From a virus (lineage: Duplodnaviria; Caudoviricetes): a stretch of DNA of 64,000 nt. This document shows, piece after piece, positions 38,647 to 47,046 of this stretch; positions within the stretch are counted from its first letter, which is position 1; each line of letters opens with the position of its first letter. The notes beneath the pieces are model-generated. The model had not been told where the DNA came from. It saw only the letters and a list, made by a program, of their open reading frames with translations, and ran no database searches. The stretch spans positions 28,872-92,871 of IMG/VR virus record IMGVR_UViG_3300014205_000194; one strand, written 5' to 3'. A program made the position numbers and the translations under genes.

Positions 38647-39184
38647 TTTTAAAGAATTTCTAGTAGAGCTATTCGATAAGCCATGGGAATTGAAAGATAT
38701 ATCAGACTCCAGGTTAGGTAAGATTATGCAGACACAAGTTCATAAAAGAACCAATGGAGAAGCTAAGAATATAAGACTACACAAGGCGGAAGGTAATAAC
38801 GGTTATGTTCTGGAGTTTCATCATAGAGGGGCGCTAGAGGTTCATCACATAGATGACTTCGGCAATTCTGGTTCTATGCACAAATTAGCCAAGCCTAATC
38901 CAAGATTTATTTCTACAATAAAACATAAGATACAGAATCACGTACTAAATAATGGCCCATTACAAGTTAGAGTAATCGGCTCAACGAAAGATGGGATGGT
39001 CGACCATTATCATAAAATAGCCAAGCGGCTAGAGAAGAAAAACAGCATTTCTGTAGGTGAACCAAGTAAACATTCTAATATAGATAACAACAAAGAACCA
39101 AGAAAGGAATTTATTATTCATGCCAGACACGTAGTAAATGAAGAGTTATTATACATTTTTAAACAAGAACTGAAGAAGGAATAG
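38639..39184 (+). CDS. Probable internal head protein, paralog B
   Basis: MISFKEFLVELFDKPW; shares GA.E.HH and KPNPRFI with paralog A. Confidence 0.65.
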   Translation: MISFKEFLVELFDKPWELKDISDSRLGKIMQTQVHKRTNGEAKNIRLHKAEGNNGYVLEFHHRGALEVHHIDDFGNSGSMHKLAKPNPRFISTIKHKIQNHVLNNGPLQVRVIGSTKDGMVDHYHKIAKRLEKKNSISVGEPSKHSNIDNNKEPRKEFIIHARHVVNEELLYIFKQELKKE

Positions 39185-39186
39185 AC

Positions 39187-39846
39187 ATGGCAAATATTGA
39201 AGTAAGATACGTAGATCACATGGGTAGCGACTTGACTGTAGTTAATGCAGCTCGGGTTTCGTTTAGCAAGGAATCGTATTTCCAGCCAGATAATTCTCTA
39301 CACGAAAAAGACAAGAAACTCATTAGTTATCTAGCCAAGCATAATCACTGGACGCCATTCGCCCATCCACAAATTACACTATGTGAGACAGTACCAATCT
39401 TTGTTGCGCGCCAGAGATTCAAACATATGATAGGGTTCACATACAACGAGACTTCGCGTCGTTATGTGGATGATACCCCAGAATTCTACATTCCTGATGT
39501 ATGGCGTTCTCGACCGGATGGTAGTATGAAACAGGGTAGTGGCGATATCCATCCAGATAACGATATGTTCAAGGGAATCTATAGCGAGTACATTAAAGAA
39601 GCTGTCGCTGTGTATGAAAATATGATTGCATGTGGAGTTGCACCGGAACAGGCTCGAATGGTTCTACCACAATCTATGATGACCAGTTATTATGTGACGG
39701 GTTCGCTTGCTGCGTGGGCTCGGGCATACAAACAACGTGTCGACAGTCATGCTCAGAAAGAGATTCAAGACCTGGCTGTCCTTTGGGATAATAATATTAG
39801 AGAATTGTTTCCAGAATCCTGGAAAGTATTAATTGGAGAAGTATAA
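39187..39846 (+). CDS. thyX: Flavin-dependent thymidylate synthase
   Basis: VVNAARVSF, HWTPF, ARQRFKH...NETSRRY, EQARMVLP, HAQKEI. Confidence 0.95.
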   Translation: MANIEVRYVDHMGSDLTVVNAARVSFSKESYFQPDNSLHEKDKKLISYLAKHNHWTPFAHPQITLCETVPIFVARQRFKHMIGFTYNETSRRYVDDTPEFYIPDVWRSRPDGSMKQGSGDIHPDNDMFKGIYSEYIKEAVAVYENMIACGVAPEQARMVLPQSMMTSYYVTGSLAAWARAYKQRVDSHAQKEIQDLAVLWDNNIRELFPESWKVLIGEV

Positions 39847-40220
39847 TGGATAGTAGAAATGATGTAAAAGATTTTATGATTGCGTGCGATCAAGAAGTAA
39901 AAGAAGCACCGCACAATGGTCTGACACAGCAAGCTGAGCTATATATAAAACTAATCGACGAAGAGTATAAAGAACTGCACGAAGGAATCAATCACTTCGA
40001 TTTAGTGGAAATTGCTGACGCCTGTGCTGATTTGAAGTGGGTCATCGAGGGTCTAGAGCACTCTCTTGGTATTCCACGACAGGCTGTGTGGGACGAAGTT
40101 GCCCGTAGTAATATGTCAAAGATTAGCGAAGGCGGTAAAGTATTGAAGCGCGATGATGGTAAAGTCCAGAAGCCGAATACATATTCACCCCCGGATATTA
40201 AATCAATCATCGAAAAATAA
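39846..40220 (+). CDS. MazG-like nucleoside triphosphate pyrophosphohydrolase
   Basis: LIDEEYKEL, IADACAD, SNMSK, DGKVQK. Confidence 0.88.
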   Translation: MDSRNDVKDFMIACDQEVKEAPHNGLTQQAELYIKLIDEEYKELHEGINHFDLVEIADACADLKWVIEGLEHSLGIPRQAVWDEVARSNMSKISEGGKVLKRDDGKVQKPNTYSPPDIKSIIEK

Positions 40221-40233
40221 TAAGAGGTAATCG

Positions 40234-42084
40234 ATGGATATTAGTCAAAGAATTCTTTCTGACATCACGTCATTCAACAAATACGCAAAACACATACCAT
40301 ACCTAAATCGTCGAGAGACGTGGGACGAAATTTGTGATAGAAATAAGGATATGCATAGCGCAAAGTTCCCATTTCTTAAAAAACAAATTAACGAAATATA
40401 CGACAATTTGGTAAAGAGTAAGAAGGTTCTTCCTTCCATGCGCTCTATGCAGTTTGCTGGCGCACCCATCGAGATTTCTAATTCCAGAATATTCAATTGC
40501 GCTTATGTTCCTATGGATCATCCAGTTGCGTTCGCGGAACTAATGTTTCTGCTATTGGGTGGAACTGGAGTAGGGTATTCTGTTCAGCGACATCATGTAG
40601 AAAGAGTACCAACGATCATTGGGCCATCGGATAAGAACAGACGCTTCTTGGTCGGTGATTCGATCGAGGGCTGGGCAGATTCTATCAAAGTCCTCATCAA
40701 AGCATATACCCTAGGTAAATCGAACCCGGTGTTCGATTACCGTGACATTCGCCCGAAAGGCGCCAAGTTAGTCACATCCGGCGGCAAGGCACCCGGCCCC
40801 GACCCGCTCAGAATTTGTATTGAACATCTTCGTTCCATTCTCAATGGAGCAATCGGCAGAAAACTCACCACGCTAGAAGTCCATGATATTTGTTGTTTCC
40901 TTGCAGACGCAGTTCTCGCCGGCGGCATCCGCAGAGCGGCGATGATTGCTGGATTCGATCACGATGATTTAGATATGATGTCGTGTAAGTCTGGAGAATG
41001 GTATGAGCTAAATCCGCAGCGCGGTCGGGCGAATAATAGTGTCGTTCTGGTTCGCGGCGAAATTACAGAGGAAATGTTCAAATCTATTTGGACTAGAGTA
41101 AAGGAGTCTGGATCAGGAGAACCTGGTTTCTATTGGACCAATGATCGTGATATTTTCACAAATCCTTGCGGTGAGATTTCTTTAAATCCATTGCAGTTCT
41201 GTAACTTAACCGAAATTAATGTATCTGATGTCACATCACAAGAAGACTTGATGGAGCGGGTTGCTGCTGGTGCATTTATTGGCACTCTACAGGCATCTTA
41301 TACTGATTTCCATTATCTGCGTTCTGGCTGGAAGGATATTACAGAAAAAGAAGCATTGATTGGTGTTGGTATGACTGGCATTGGGTCGGGTGCAATTCTT
41401 GGTCTTGATCTAAAAGCGGCAGCGGATAAAGTAAAAGAAGTAAATGAGCACATTGCTTCTGTAATCGGGATTAATCCTGCTGCAAGAACCACTACAATCA
41501 AGCCATCGGGTACATCTTCGCTGGTGGTCGGGTCTTCTTCTGGTATCCACGCATGGCATAATGACTTCTATATTCGTAGAATGCGAGTCGGCAAGAACGA
41601 AGCACTATATCAATATATATTAGCTAATTTTCCAGATTTGGTAGAAGATTGTAAGTTCAAGCCGCACCTAGAAGCCGTAATTTCATTCCCACAAAAGGCA
41701 CCTAAAGGAGCCATTATTAGGACAGAGAGCGCGTTGCATTTGTTAGAACGTGTACGAAAGTTCAATCTAGAGTGGGTACATAATGGATATCGCGGCGGAG
41801 CAAATCAACACAATGTTTCGTGTACGATTTCTCTGAAAGATGATGAGTGGGAACCAGTTGGTGATTGGATGTGGAAAAATAGAGATAACTATAATGGGAT
41901 TTCTGTTCTACCATATGATGGTGGTACTTATGTTCAACCTCCGTTCGAAGATTGCACTAAGGAAGTATATGATGAATTAATGACTCACATGCACGGCATT
42001 GATCTTACTCAAGTCATCGAGATAGACGATAACACAAACCTAACCGAGTCTCTCGCGTGTGGTGCAGGCGGTTGTGCAATATGA
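40234..42084 (+). CDS. nrdJ: Class II (B12-dependent) ribonucleotide reductase
   Basis: PSMRSMQF, FNC, TNPCGEI, CNLTE, KPSGT, C-terminal CGAGGC. Confidence 0.93.
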   Translation: MDISQRILSDITSFNKYAKHIPYLNRRETWDEICDRNKDMHSAKFPFLKKQINEIYDNLVKSKKVLPSMRSMQFAGAPIEISNSRIFNCAYVPMDHPVAFAELMFLLLGGTGVGYSVQRHHVERVPTIIGPSDKNRRFLVGDSIEGWADSIKVLIKAYTLGKSNPVFDYRDIRPKGAKLVTSGGKAPGPDPLRICIEHLRSILNGAIGRKLTTLEVHDICCFLADAVLAGGIRRAAMIAGFDHDDLDMMSCKSGEWYELNPQRGRANNSVVLVRGEITEEMFKSIWTRVKESGSGEPGFYWTNDRDIFTNPCGEISLNPLQFCNLTEINVSDVTSQEDLMERVAAGAFIGTLQASYTDFHYLRSGWKDITEKEALIGVGMTGIGSGAILGLDLKAAADKVKEVNEHIASVIGINPAARTTTIKPSGTSSLVVGSSSGIHAWHNDFYIRRMRVGKNEALYQYILANFPDLVEDCKFKPHLEAVISFPQKAPKGAIIRTESALHLLERVRKFNLEWVHNGYRGGANQHNVSCTISLKDDEWEPVGDWMWKNRDNYNGISVLPYDGGTYVQPPFEDCTKEVYDELMTHMHGIDLTQVIEIDDNTNLTESLACGAGGCAI

Positions 42085-42500
42085 AAAAACTACTATTAAT
42101 CGGAATTATGTTTTCTAGTCTATCTTATGCCGATGTATATAATTATAAAGTGACTAGGGTGATTGATGGAGATACGGTCGTGATAGAAGCGCCGTATCTC
42201 CCCAAACCGCTAAAACCATCGCTTAGTCTAAGAATAAATGGAGTAGACACGCCAGAAAAAGCACCGAGGGCGAAGTGTACTGATGAAGCGACTAAGGCAA
42301 CGGCCGCGTCTGCGTATACTAGGCAGCTAGTTCGTAATGGTAAAGAAATCAAAGTAGATATCGCCAAGTGGGACAAATATGGAGGTAGAGTGTTAGGCGA
42401 TTTAATCATCGACGGTAATACACTATCTTCGCAGCTAATAAATAATGGTTATGCGCGCGAGTATCATGGCGGAGCAAAGAAAAGTTGGTGTAACAAATAA
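42081..42500 (+). CDS. Thermonuclease (SNase-like) with signal peptide
   Basis: RVIDGDT, RINGVDTPE, DKYGGRVL. Confidence 0.9.
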   Translation: MKKLLLIGIMFSSLSYADVYNYKVTRVIDGDTVVIEAPYLPKPLKPSLSLRINGVDTPEKAPRAKCTDEATKATAASAYTRQLVRNGKEIKVDIAKWDKYGGRVLGDLIIDGNTLSSQLINNGYAREYHGGAKKSWCNK

Positions 42501-42521
42501 GGCGCTTAATTGCGCCTTTTT
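42499..42521 (+). terminator. Intrinsic terminator
   Basis: AAGGCGC-TTAATT-GCGCCTT followed by a T run. Confidence 0.7.
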
Positions 42522-42535
42522 AATGAGGATGATTT

Positions 42536-42847
42536 ATGAAACAACAATATACAATATCAAGCAAACTAACTGTAGAAAAGATTATATTTGCGCTGAGTAT
42601 GTTCGATGCATTTACAGATGAATTCTGGGAATATGCGATGGAATTCGCGAAAGATAAGAATCTGTTAGAAACACACAACGCAGAAATAGAACATTCTATA
42701 GATTACGGGAAATTTTCTTCGTGTTGTTTTTTTTATGAAATGTCGAACTTAGGTAGATCAATTAGAGCACATAGGACTGATAATAAAACTGTGACATCAG
42801 TAACTATGCGCCGAGAATCGGATAATAAGGAATTATTTGTACTATGA
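42536..42847 (+). CDS. Hypothetical protein, paralog of 43450
   Basis: T.EKI.FA...FDAFTDEFWEYAM shared with 43450. Confidence 0.7.
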   Translation: MKQQYTISSKLTVEKIIFALSMFDAFTDEFWEYAMEFAKDKNLLETHNAEIEHSIDYGKFSSCCFFYEMSNLGRSIRAHRTDNKTVTSVTMRRESDNKELFVL

Positions 42848-43440
42848 AATCATTCTTAGAATTTATCTATGAAATGGCACATAATATAGGCGAACATTCG
42901 TATTCTCCGTTAAAGAGCGAACGTGAAAGAAAGAGTAAATTTAATAACTCAGTTGGTGATAAAATACACAATAAATTGTCTGATTATTTAATTATACACA
43001 AAACGACTAACGGTAATTCTACTCTGTTCCATACAAACGACCATTCCACCGCAGAAACTCTACATTCTTCGCTAATAAAGCACAAACAAAGTTCTAAAGA
43101 ATTTCCTTTCGACCATATAATACAAGAAGAAGTCGATAGAAAACCAGGAGGTATTCTTCATAAAGGATATGCAGTTGATTTTCTATACAATCATTTCAAC
43201 GACCAACATCTACCATTGGTTTCTTCGGAAACTCAATATAGAAAGGGACATGAATTGTGGAGGAAGTTAGTACACAAGGCACTCGACAATGGGCATCATG
43301 TATACCATTGGGATGGCAGTAAACTACACAAATCAAACAAAAATAATGTCGAACAGCACTTAAATTCATCGTTCGGTAAATATGGTGACGAGTCTTATGC
43401 TAATAAACATATGGTTATATCTAAGAATGAACTAAAGTGA
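42844..43440 (+). CDS. Probable internal head protein (CTS-like N-terminus)
   Basis: MKSFLEFIYE; His-rich. Confidence 0.6.
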   Translation: MKSFLEFIYEMAHNIGEHSYSPLKSERERKSKFNNSVGDKIHNKLSDYLIIHKTTNGNSTLFHTNDHSTAETLHSSLIKHKQSSKEFPFDHIIQEEVDRKPGGILHKGYAVDFLYNHFNDQHLPLVSSETQYRKGHELWRKLVHKALDNGHHVYHWDGSKLHKSNKNNVEQHLNSSFGKYGDESYANKHMVISKNELK

Positions 43441-43449
43441 GGGAACAAT

Positions 43450-43776
43450 ATGATAGATTACTACGTATTAATGAATGGTATAACCACAGAAAAGATTAAT
43501 TTCGCTATAGGATTATTTGACGCATTTACAGATGAATTCTGGGAATATGCGATGGATTATTCCAAAGGACATAATATACTTGATTATGAAAGAATAAACG
43601 AAGAAATAATTACCGAACTATATTCATATCCATCTTGTGATATAGATATATGTAGTAATGGAAAACGTCTGGTAGTAAAAAGGTTGGGTGACGTATTACA
43701 GAGCATAGAAATATCTAATTCAGATACAGGTAAAGTTTTATTTAGCCACAAAAGAACGAATAAGGGGAAGGAATGA
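43450..43776 (+). CDS. Hypothetical protein, paralog of 42536
   Basis: 35-nt identical block 43522-43556 = 42608-42642. Confidence 0.7.
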   Translation: MIDYYVLMNGITTEKINFAIGLFDAFTDEFWEYAMDYSKGHNILDYERINEEIITELYSYPSCDIDICSNGKRLVVKRLGDVLQSIEISNSDTGKVLFSHKRTNKGKE

Positions 43777-43976
43777 AATACGATAGACATGCTGTTGTAT
43801 CGTGCGATAATTGCGACGCAGTCGAATATGAAATCAATTACTCAGAGGAAGCTGGTGTGCCAGAAACATGTCCATTTTGTGGAGAAGAATTAGAAGATGT
43901 GCAGGTAATAGAAAAAGATGACTTCGAGAAATTAGCAGATTATATGGAAGAAATTGGTAGCTATGCCGACGAATGA
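43773..43976 (+). CDS. Zinc-ribbon protein
   Basis: CDNC...CPFCG. Confidence 0.75.
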   Translation: MKYDRHAVVSCDNCDAVEYEINYSEEAGVPETCPFCGEELEDVQVIEKDDFEKLADYMEEIGSYADE

Positions 43977-44520
43977 TATTATTTCTGTTGGGATAGATTA
44001 TTCACTCACGTGTCCTTGTATGTGTTTTTCTACTGGTGTCGGTTTCGATAAATCTTCATTCTATTTTCTTACTGATAAGAAAGCACATACAGGAAAGCTA
44101 CTAAATAACGTCACCGGTACATTACACGATGACTATCTATGTAATCAAGAAAGATATGATAATATATCCAATTATTTCATTACGCTGATTAGCGAAAACG
44201 TCAATGAACATATCGTTATCAATATAGAAGATTATTCATTCGGATCGAAAGGTAAGGTGTTTAATCTTGCAGAGAATTGTGGTTTACTTAAACACAAACT
44301 ATGGGGACTAGGATACAAGCTAACTCTAATTCCACCAACCACCCTAAAGAAATTTGCAACAACAAAAGGTAATGCTAATAAGGAGTCAATGTATCAATCA
44401 TTCATTGCTGCCGGTAATCCTGATATCAATAAAACCTTATTTCCTACCAAATCTAAAATAGATAATCCGGTGTCGGATATCGTGGATTCTTATTATCTAG
44501 CTATTTATCCTGTTTCCTAG
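43963..44520 (+). CDS. RuvC/RNase H-fold nuclease
   Basis: GIDYS, IEDYSF, LAENCG, PTTLKKFAT.KGNA.K, DIVDSY. Confidence 0.8.
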   Translation: MPTNDIISVGIDYSLTCPCMCFSTGVGFDKSSFYFLTDKKAHTGKLLNNVTGTLHDDYLCNQERYDNISNYFITLISENVNEHIVINIEDYSFGSKGKVFNLAENCGLLKHKLWGLGYKLTLIPPTTLKKFATTKGNANKESMYQSFIAAGNPDINKTLFPTKSKIDNPVSDIVDSYYLAIYPVS

Positions 44521-44579
44521 AGATACTTAATTGGTCCTTATTTGGAATGGTTTTGACCTCCCCTTATCGCCAACACCTA

Positions 44580-44608
44580 ATTATAACCAATAGCGATCGA
44601 CATGTCAA
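44580..44608 (-). promoter_or_regulatory. Perfect-consensus sigma70 promoter on the minus strand
   Basis: Reverse complement reads TTGACA-N17-TATAAT. Confidence 0.7.
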
Positions 44609-44654
44609 GAGCTGTCAAGCATTATTTACCAATGTTACGAAAGGGTAATGTTAC

Positions 44655-44682
44655 TTGATTTCGGTGTGATTCTATGTATAAT
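44655..44682 (+). promoter_or_regulatory. Sigma70-type promoter for the NAD module
   Basis: TTGATT-N16-TATAAT. Confidence 0.55.
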
Positions 44683-44722
44683 ACGAACAGTTGGTTGGCG
44701 AGATAACTAGAGGAATTATATA

Positions 44723-45553
44723 ATGGGTTTTGTGAAGTTTGGACCAAATGGTAATGAATGGGATGTCGATAGCTTCAATTTCCCTGGAGGAGAAGTTCAG
44801 GTAAAGCTCTTAAACACATCTCTCGGATACTCTGAGTCAGTAAACGTCGATGCACAGATCCAAAGCTCTGATGATGTAATGAAATTGCTCCTAACCTGTG
44901 AAGCACTCTGTGCAAATGGGTGGAATTGTCACGCGTTGCACATCGCATACGTACCATACGCAAGGCAAGATCGCAGGTGTAATATTGGAGAAGCACACAG
45001 TCTTAAAGTTTTCTGCAAGCTGATAAACAGTCTGAAATTTAAACAAGTGCGCGTATTAGACCCCCACAGCGATGTTGTAGAGGCATTGATTGATAATGTT
45101 ATGTGTATTCCGCAAGAAAAAATTGTGGAACGATCTGTTCCATATATCCGCGAATATTATTTAATCAGTCCTGATGCTGGAGCATTGAAGAAGATTTATA
45201 AAGTCGCCAAAACATCGGGTGCAAAGGGTGTGATCAAAGCCGATAAGGTTCGGAATATCCAGACCGGTAAAATTGAAAGTGTTGACGTCAATGTCGACTC
45301 GAAATTATTAGACTCGAACAATAAATTCCTTGTCGTGGATGATATTTGCGATGGCGGTCGGACTTTTGTTGAGCTGGCCAAGGCACTAGCATCGGAGGGC
45401 ATCAAAAAAGAAGAGTTGACTTTATTTGTGACTCATGGTATATTTAGCAATGGGTTCGATGAACTGTTGCAATACTACAATCACATCTACACGACGAATT
45501 CGTTCAGATGTGATATCAACCACAAAGACGTAACCGTCTACAATATTTGGTGA
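44723..45553 (+). CDS. PRPP-synthetase-like protein (NARP1 Adps-like)
   Basis: FPGGE, PYARQDR, DPHS, SPDAGA, VDDICDGGRT, VTHGIFS. Confidence 0.88.
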   Translation: MGFVKFGPNGNEWDVDSFNFPGGEVQVKLLNTSLGYSESVNVDAQIQSSDDVMKLLLTCEALCANGWNCHALHIAYVPYARQDRRCNIGEAHSLKVFCKLINSLKFKQVRVLDPHSDVVEALIDNVMCIPQEKIVERSVPYIREYYLISPDAGALKKIYKVAKTSGAKGVIKADKVRNIQTGKIESVDVNVDSKLLDSNNKFLVVDDICDGGRTFVELAKALASEGIKKEELTLFVTHGIFSNGFDELLQYYNHIYTTNSFRCDINHKDVTVYNIW

Positions 45554-45558
45554 TTATT

Positions 45559-45762
45559 ATGGTAACTGGATTGATATTTTTGTCTATTGCTATATTCTGT
45601 CTTATGGTGTGGTTTGTTTTTATGGAATATAGAAATGAATGGGTATATAAACAACGAGTTATGATTATTGAAAACGACTCCGACGAAATTGAAAAATATA
45701 TCAGTTATGACGAAATGATGCGTAGGTTCTGTATCTGGGATGTAGAGAAGTTGAAGAAATGA
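45559..45762 (+). CDS. Small membrane protein
   Basis: N-terminal TM, RNEWVY...SYDEM. Confidence 0.6.
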   Translation: MVTGLIFLSIAIFCLMVWFVFMEYRNEWVYKQRVMIIENDSDEIEKYISYDEMMRRFCIWDVEKLKK

Positions 45763-45884
45763 AAACGATTATCGCCGGCAGCCGCGAAGGATTTTCGATA
45801 TATGATGTCACCGAGGCTGTTAAGTGTAGTGGGTTTATAATTACGTATACCTCACTTAGTGTGGAGATTGATGATGGAAATTAA
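45759..45884 (+). pseudogene. Truncated YspA/SLOG-family gene
   Basis: Begins MKTIIAGSR; stops after 41 aa, before the expected G-A-x-G-A-D loop. Confidence 0.5.
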
Positions 45885-46095
45885 AATTAAAGAAACAATT
45901 CCAGAAAAACGCGAATTCAAGCCATTGACGATTGAGCTTAGTGTGGAAACACAGGAGGAGCTATACAACCTGTGGCATCGGTTCAATTCCGATCCAATCG
46001 AATATAATGCTAAAGTACCGAGTGGTAAAGATAATTCGCGGAAAGTCCAGGAAGAGTTGAGCAAAGAACTTCGTAAACTTGGAGTGAATGTTTAA
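45871..46095 (+). CDS. Hypothetical protein, paralog of 48833
   Basis: FKPLTIELSVETQEELYNLWHR. Confidence 0.65.
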   Translation: MMEIKIKETIPEKREFKPLTIELSVETQEELYNLWHRFNSDPIEYNAKVPSGKDNSRKVQEELSKELRKLGVNV

Positions 46096-47038
46096 AATGA
46101 AAGTAACCCGAGTGGACTCAACGGATCAAAACGTCTGTAAATATGTGTTTGACTTTGATGATGCAGTAGCCGAATCGGTTCTTTATAAGTACCCGACATA
46201 CGAGGAACGGACGGTCATTTGCTGCAGTACACAAAGCGGTTGTCCGGTTGGTTGTAGATTCTGCGGCGCGGGAGATGCGTTCGTTAGATCACTCACTGGC
46301 GACGAAATTGTGTCCCAGGTACAGCATCTATTCACTGATCGCGGTATTGTTCCAGAACAAGTTAAGAAAGGCCAGATCATGTTTATGAGCATGGGTGAGC
46401 CACTCTTAAATCTTAAGGGTCTTTCTGATGCAATTCGACAACTATATAAAATGTATCCGAATTTTGCCCTGTTGATTAGCACCTCTGCCCCGAATTCTAA
46501 TTATGTTGCGCTAATGGAATTGTCAAAAGAAGTTCCGACTGTTGGTTTACAATTCAGTGTTCATGAAAGCACCGATTCCAAACGTAACAAACTTATCCCC
46601 TTTAAAGCAAAATTGACACTAGAAGAAATATCCACGCAAGGTTGGTCGTGGTGGAATAATACAGGACGTAAACCATTCTTCAATTATTGCGCACACGAGG
46701 GTAATACGTCCCAAAAAGATGCTCAGCGTCTTTATAAGCTATTTGACCCGTATATTTGGGAAGCAACTATTTCTGTTATCTGTGAACGAGACGAATCGGT
46801 TGCTGCTGCTAACGAACGACAAAGAGAATTGGCTGAAAGTTTTATGTCAAAACTAACTGAGATGGGATATTCCACTAGGTGCTTCAATCCAGCTGGTCAA
46901 GACGATATCGGCGGAGGTTGTGGTCAACTCTGGTTTGTTCAGGATTGGATGAAGAAGAACAATCATCTCACCCACCCATCTGTAGGTAGAGGATTTCCTG
47001 TAGTCCATACGCCACAACTTATTCACAAAGAGGGTTGA
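46088..47038 (+). CDS. RlmN/Cfr-family radical SAM methyltransferase-like protein
   Basis: CCSTQSGCPVGCRFC, MSMGEPL, SVH, DIGGGCGQL. Confidence 0.85.
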   Translation: MFKMKVTRVDSTDQNVCKYVFDFDDAVAESVLYKYPTYEERTVICCSTQSGCPVGCRFCGAGDAFVRSLTGDEIVSQVQHLFTDRGIVPEQVKKGQIMFMSMGEPLLNLKGLSDAIRQLYKMYPNFALLISTSAPNSNYVALMELSKEVPTVGLQFSVHESTDSKRNKLIPFKAKLTLEEISTQGWSWWNNTGRKPFFNYCAHEGNTSQKDAQRLYKLFDPYIWEATISVICERDESVAAANERQRELAESFMSKLTEMGYSTRCFNPAGQDDIGGGCGQLWFVQDWMKKNNHLTHPSVGRGFPVVHTPQLIHKEG

Positions 47039-47046
47039 TATTTAAA

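Noticed and set aside
40234-42084. Intein or intron in nrdJ, helicase or primase
   Set aside because: Lengths are normal and the motifs are contiguous
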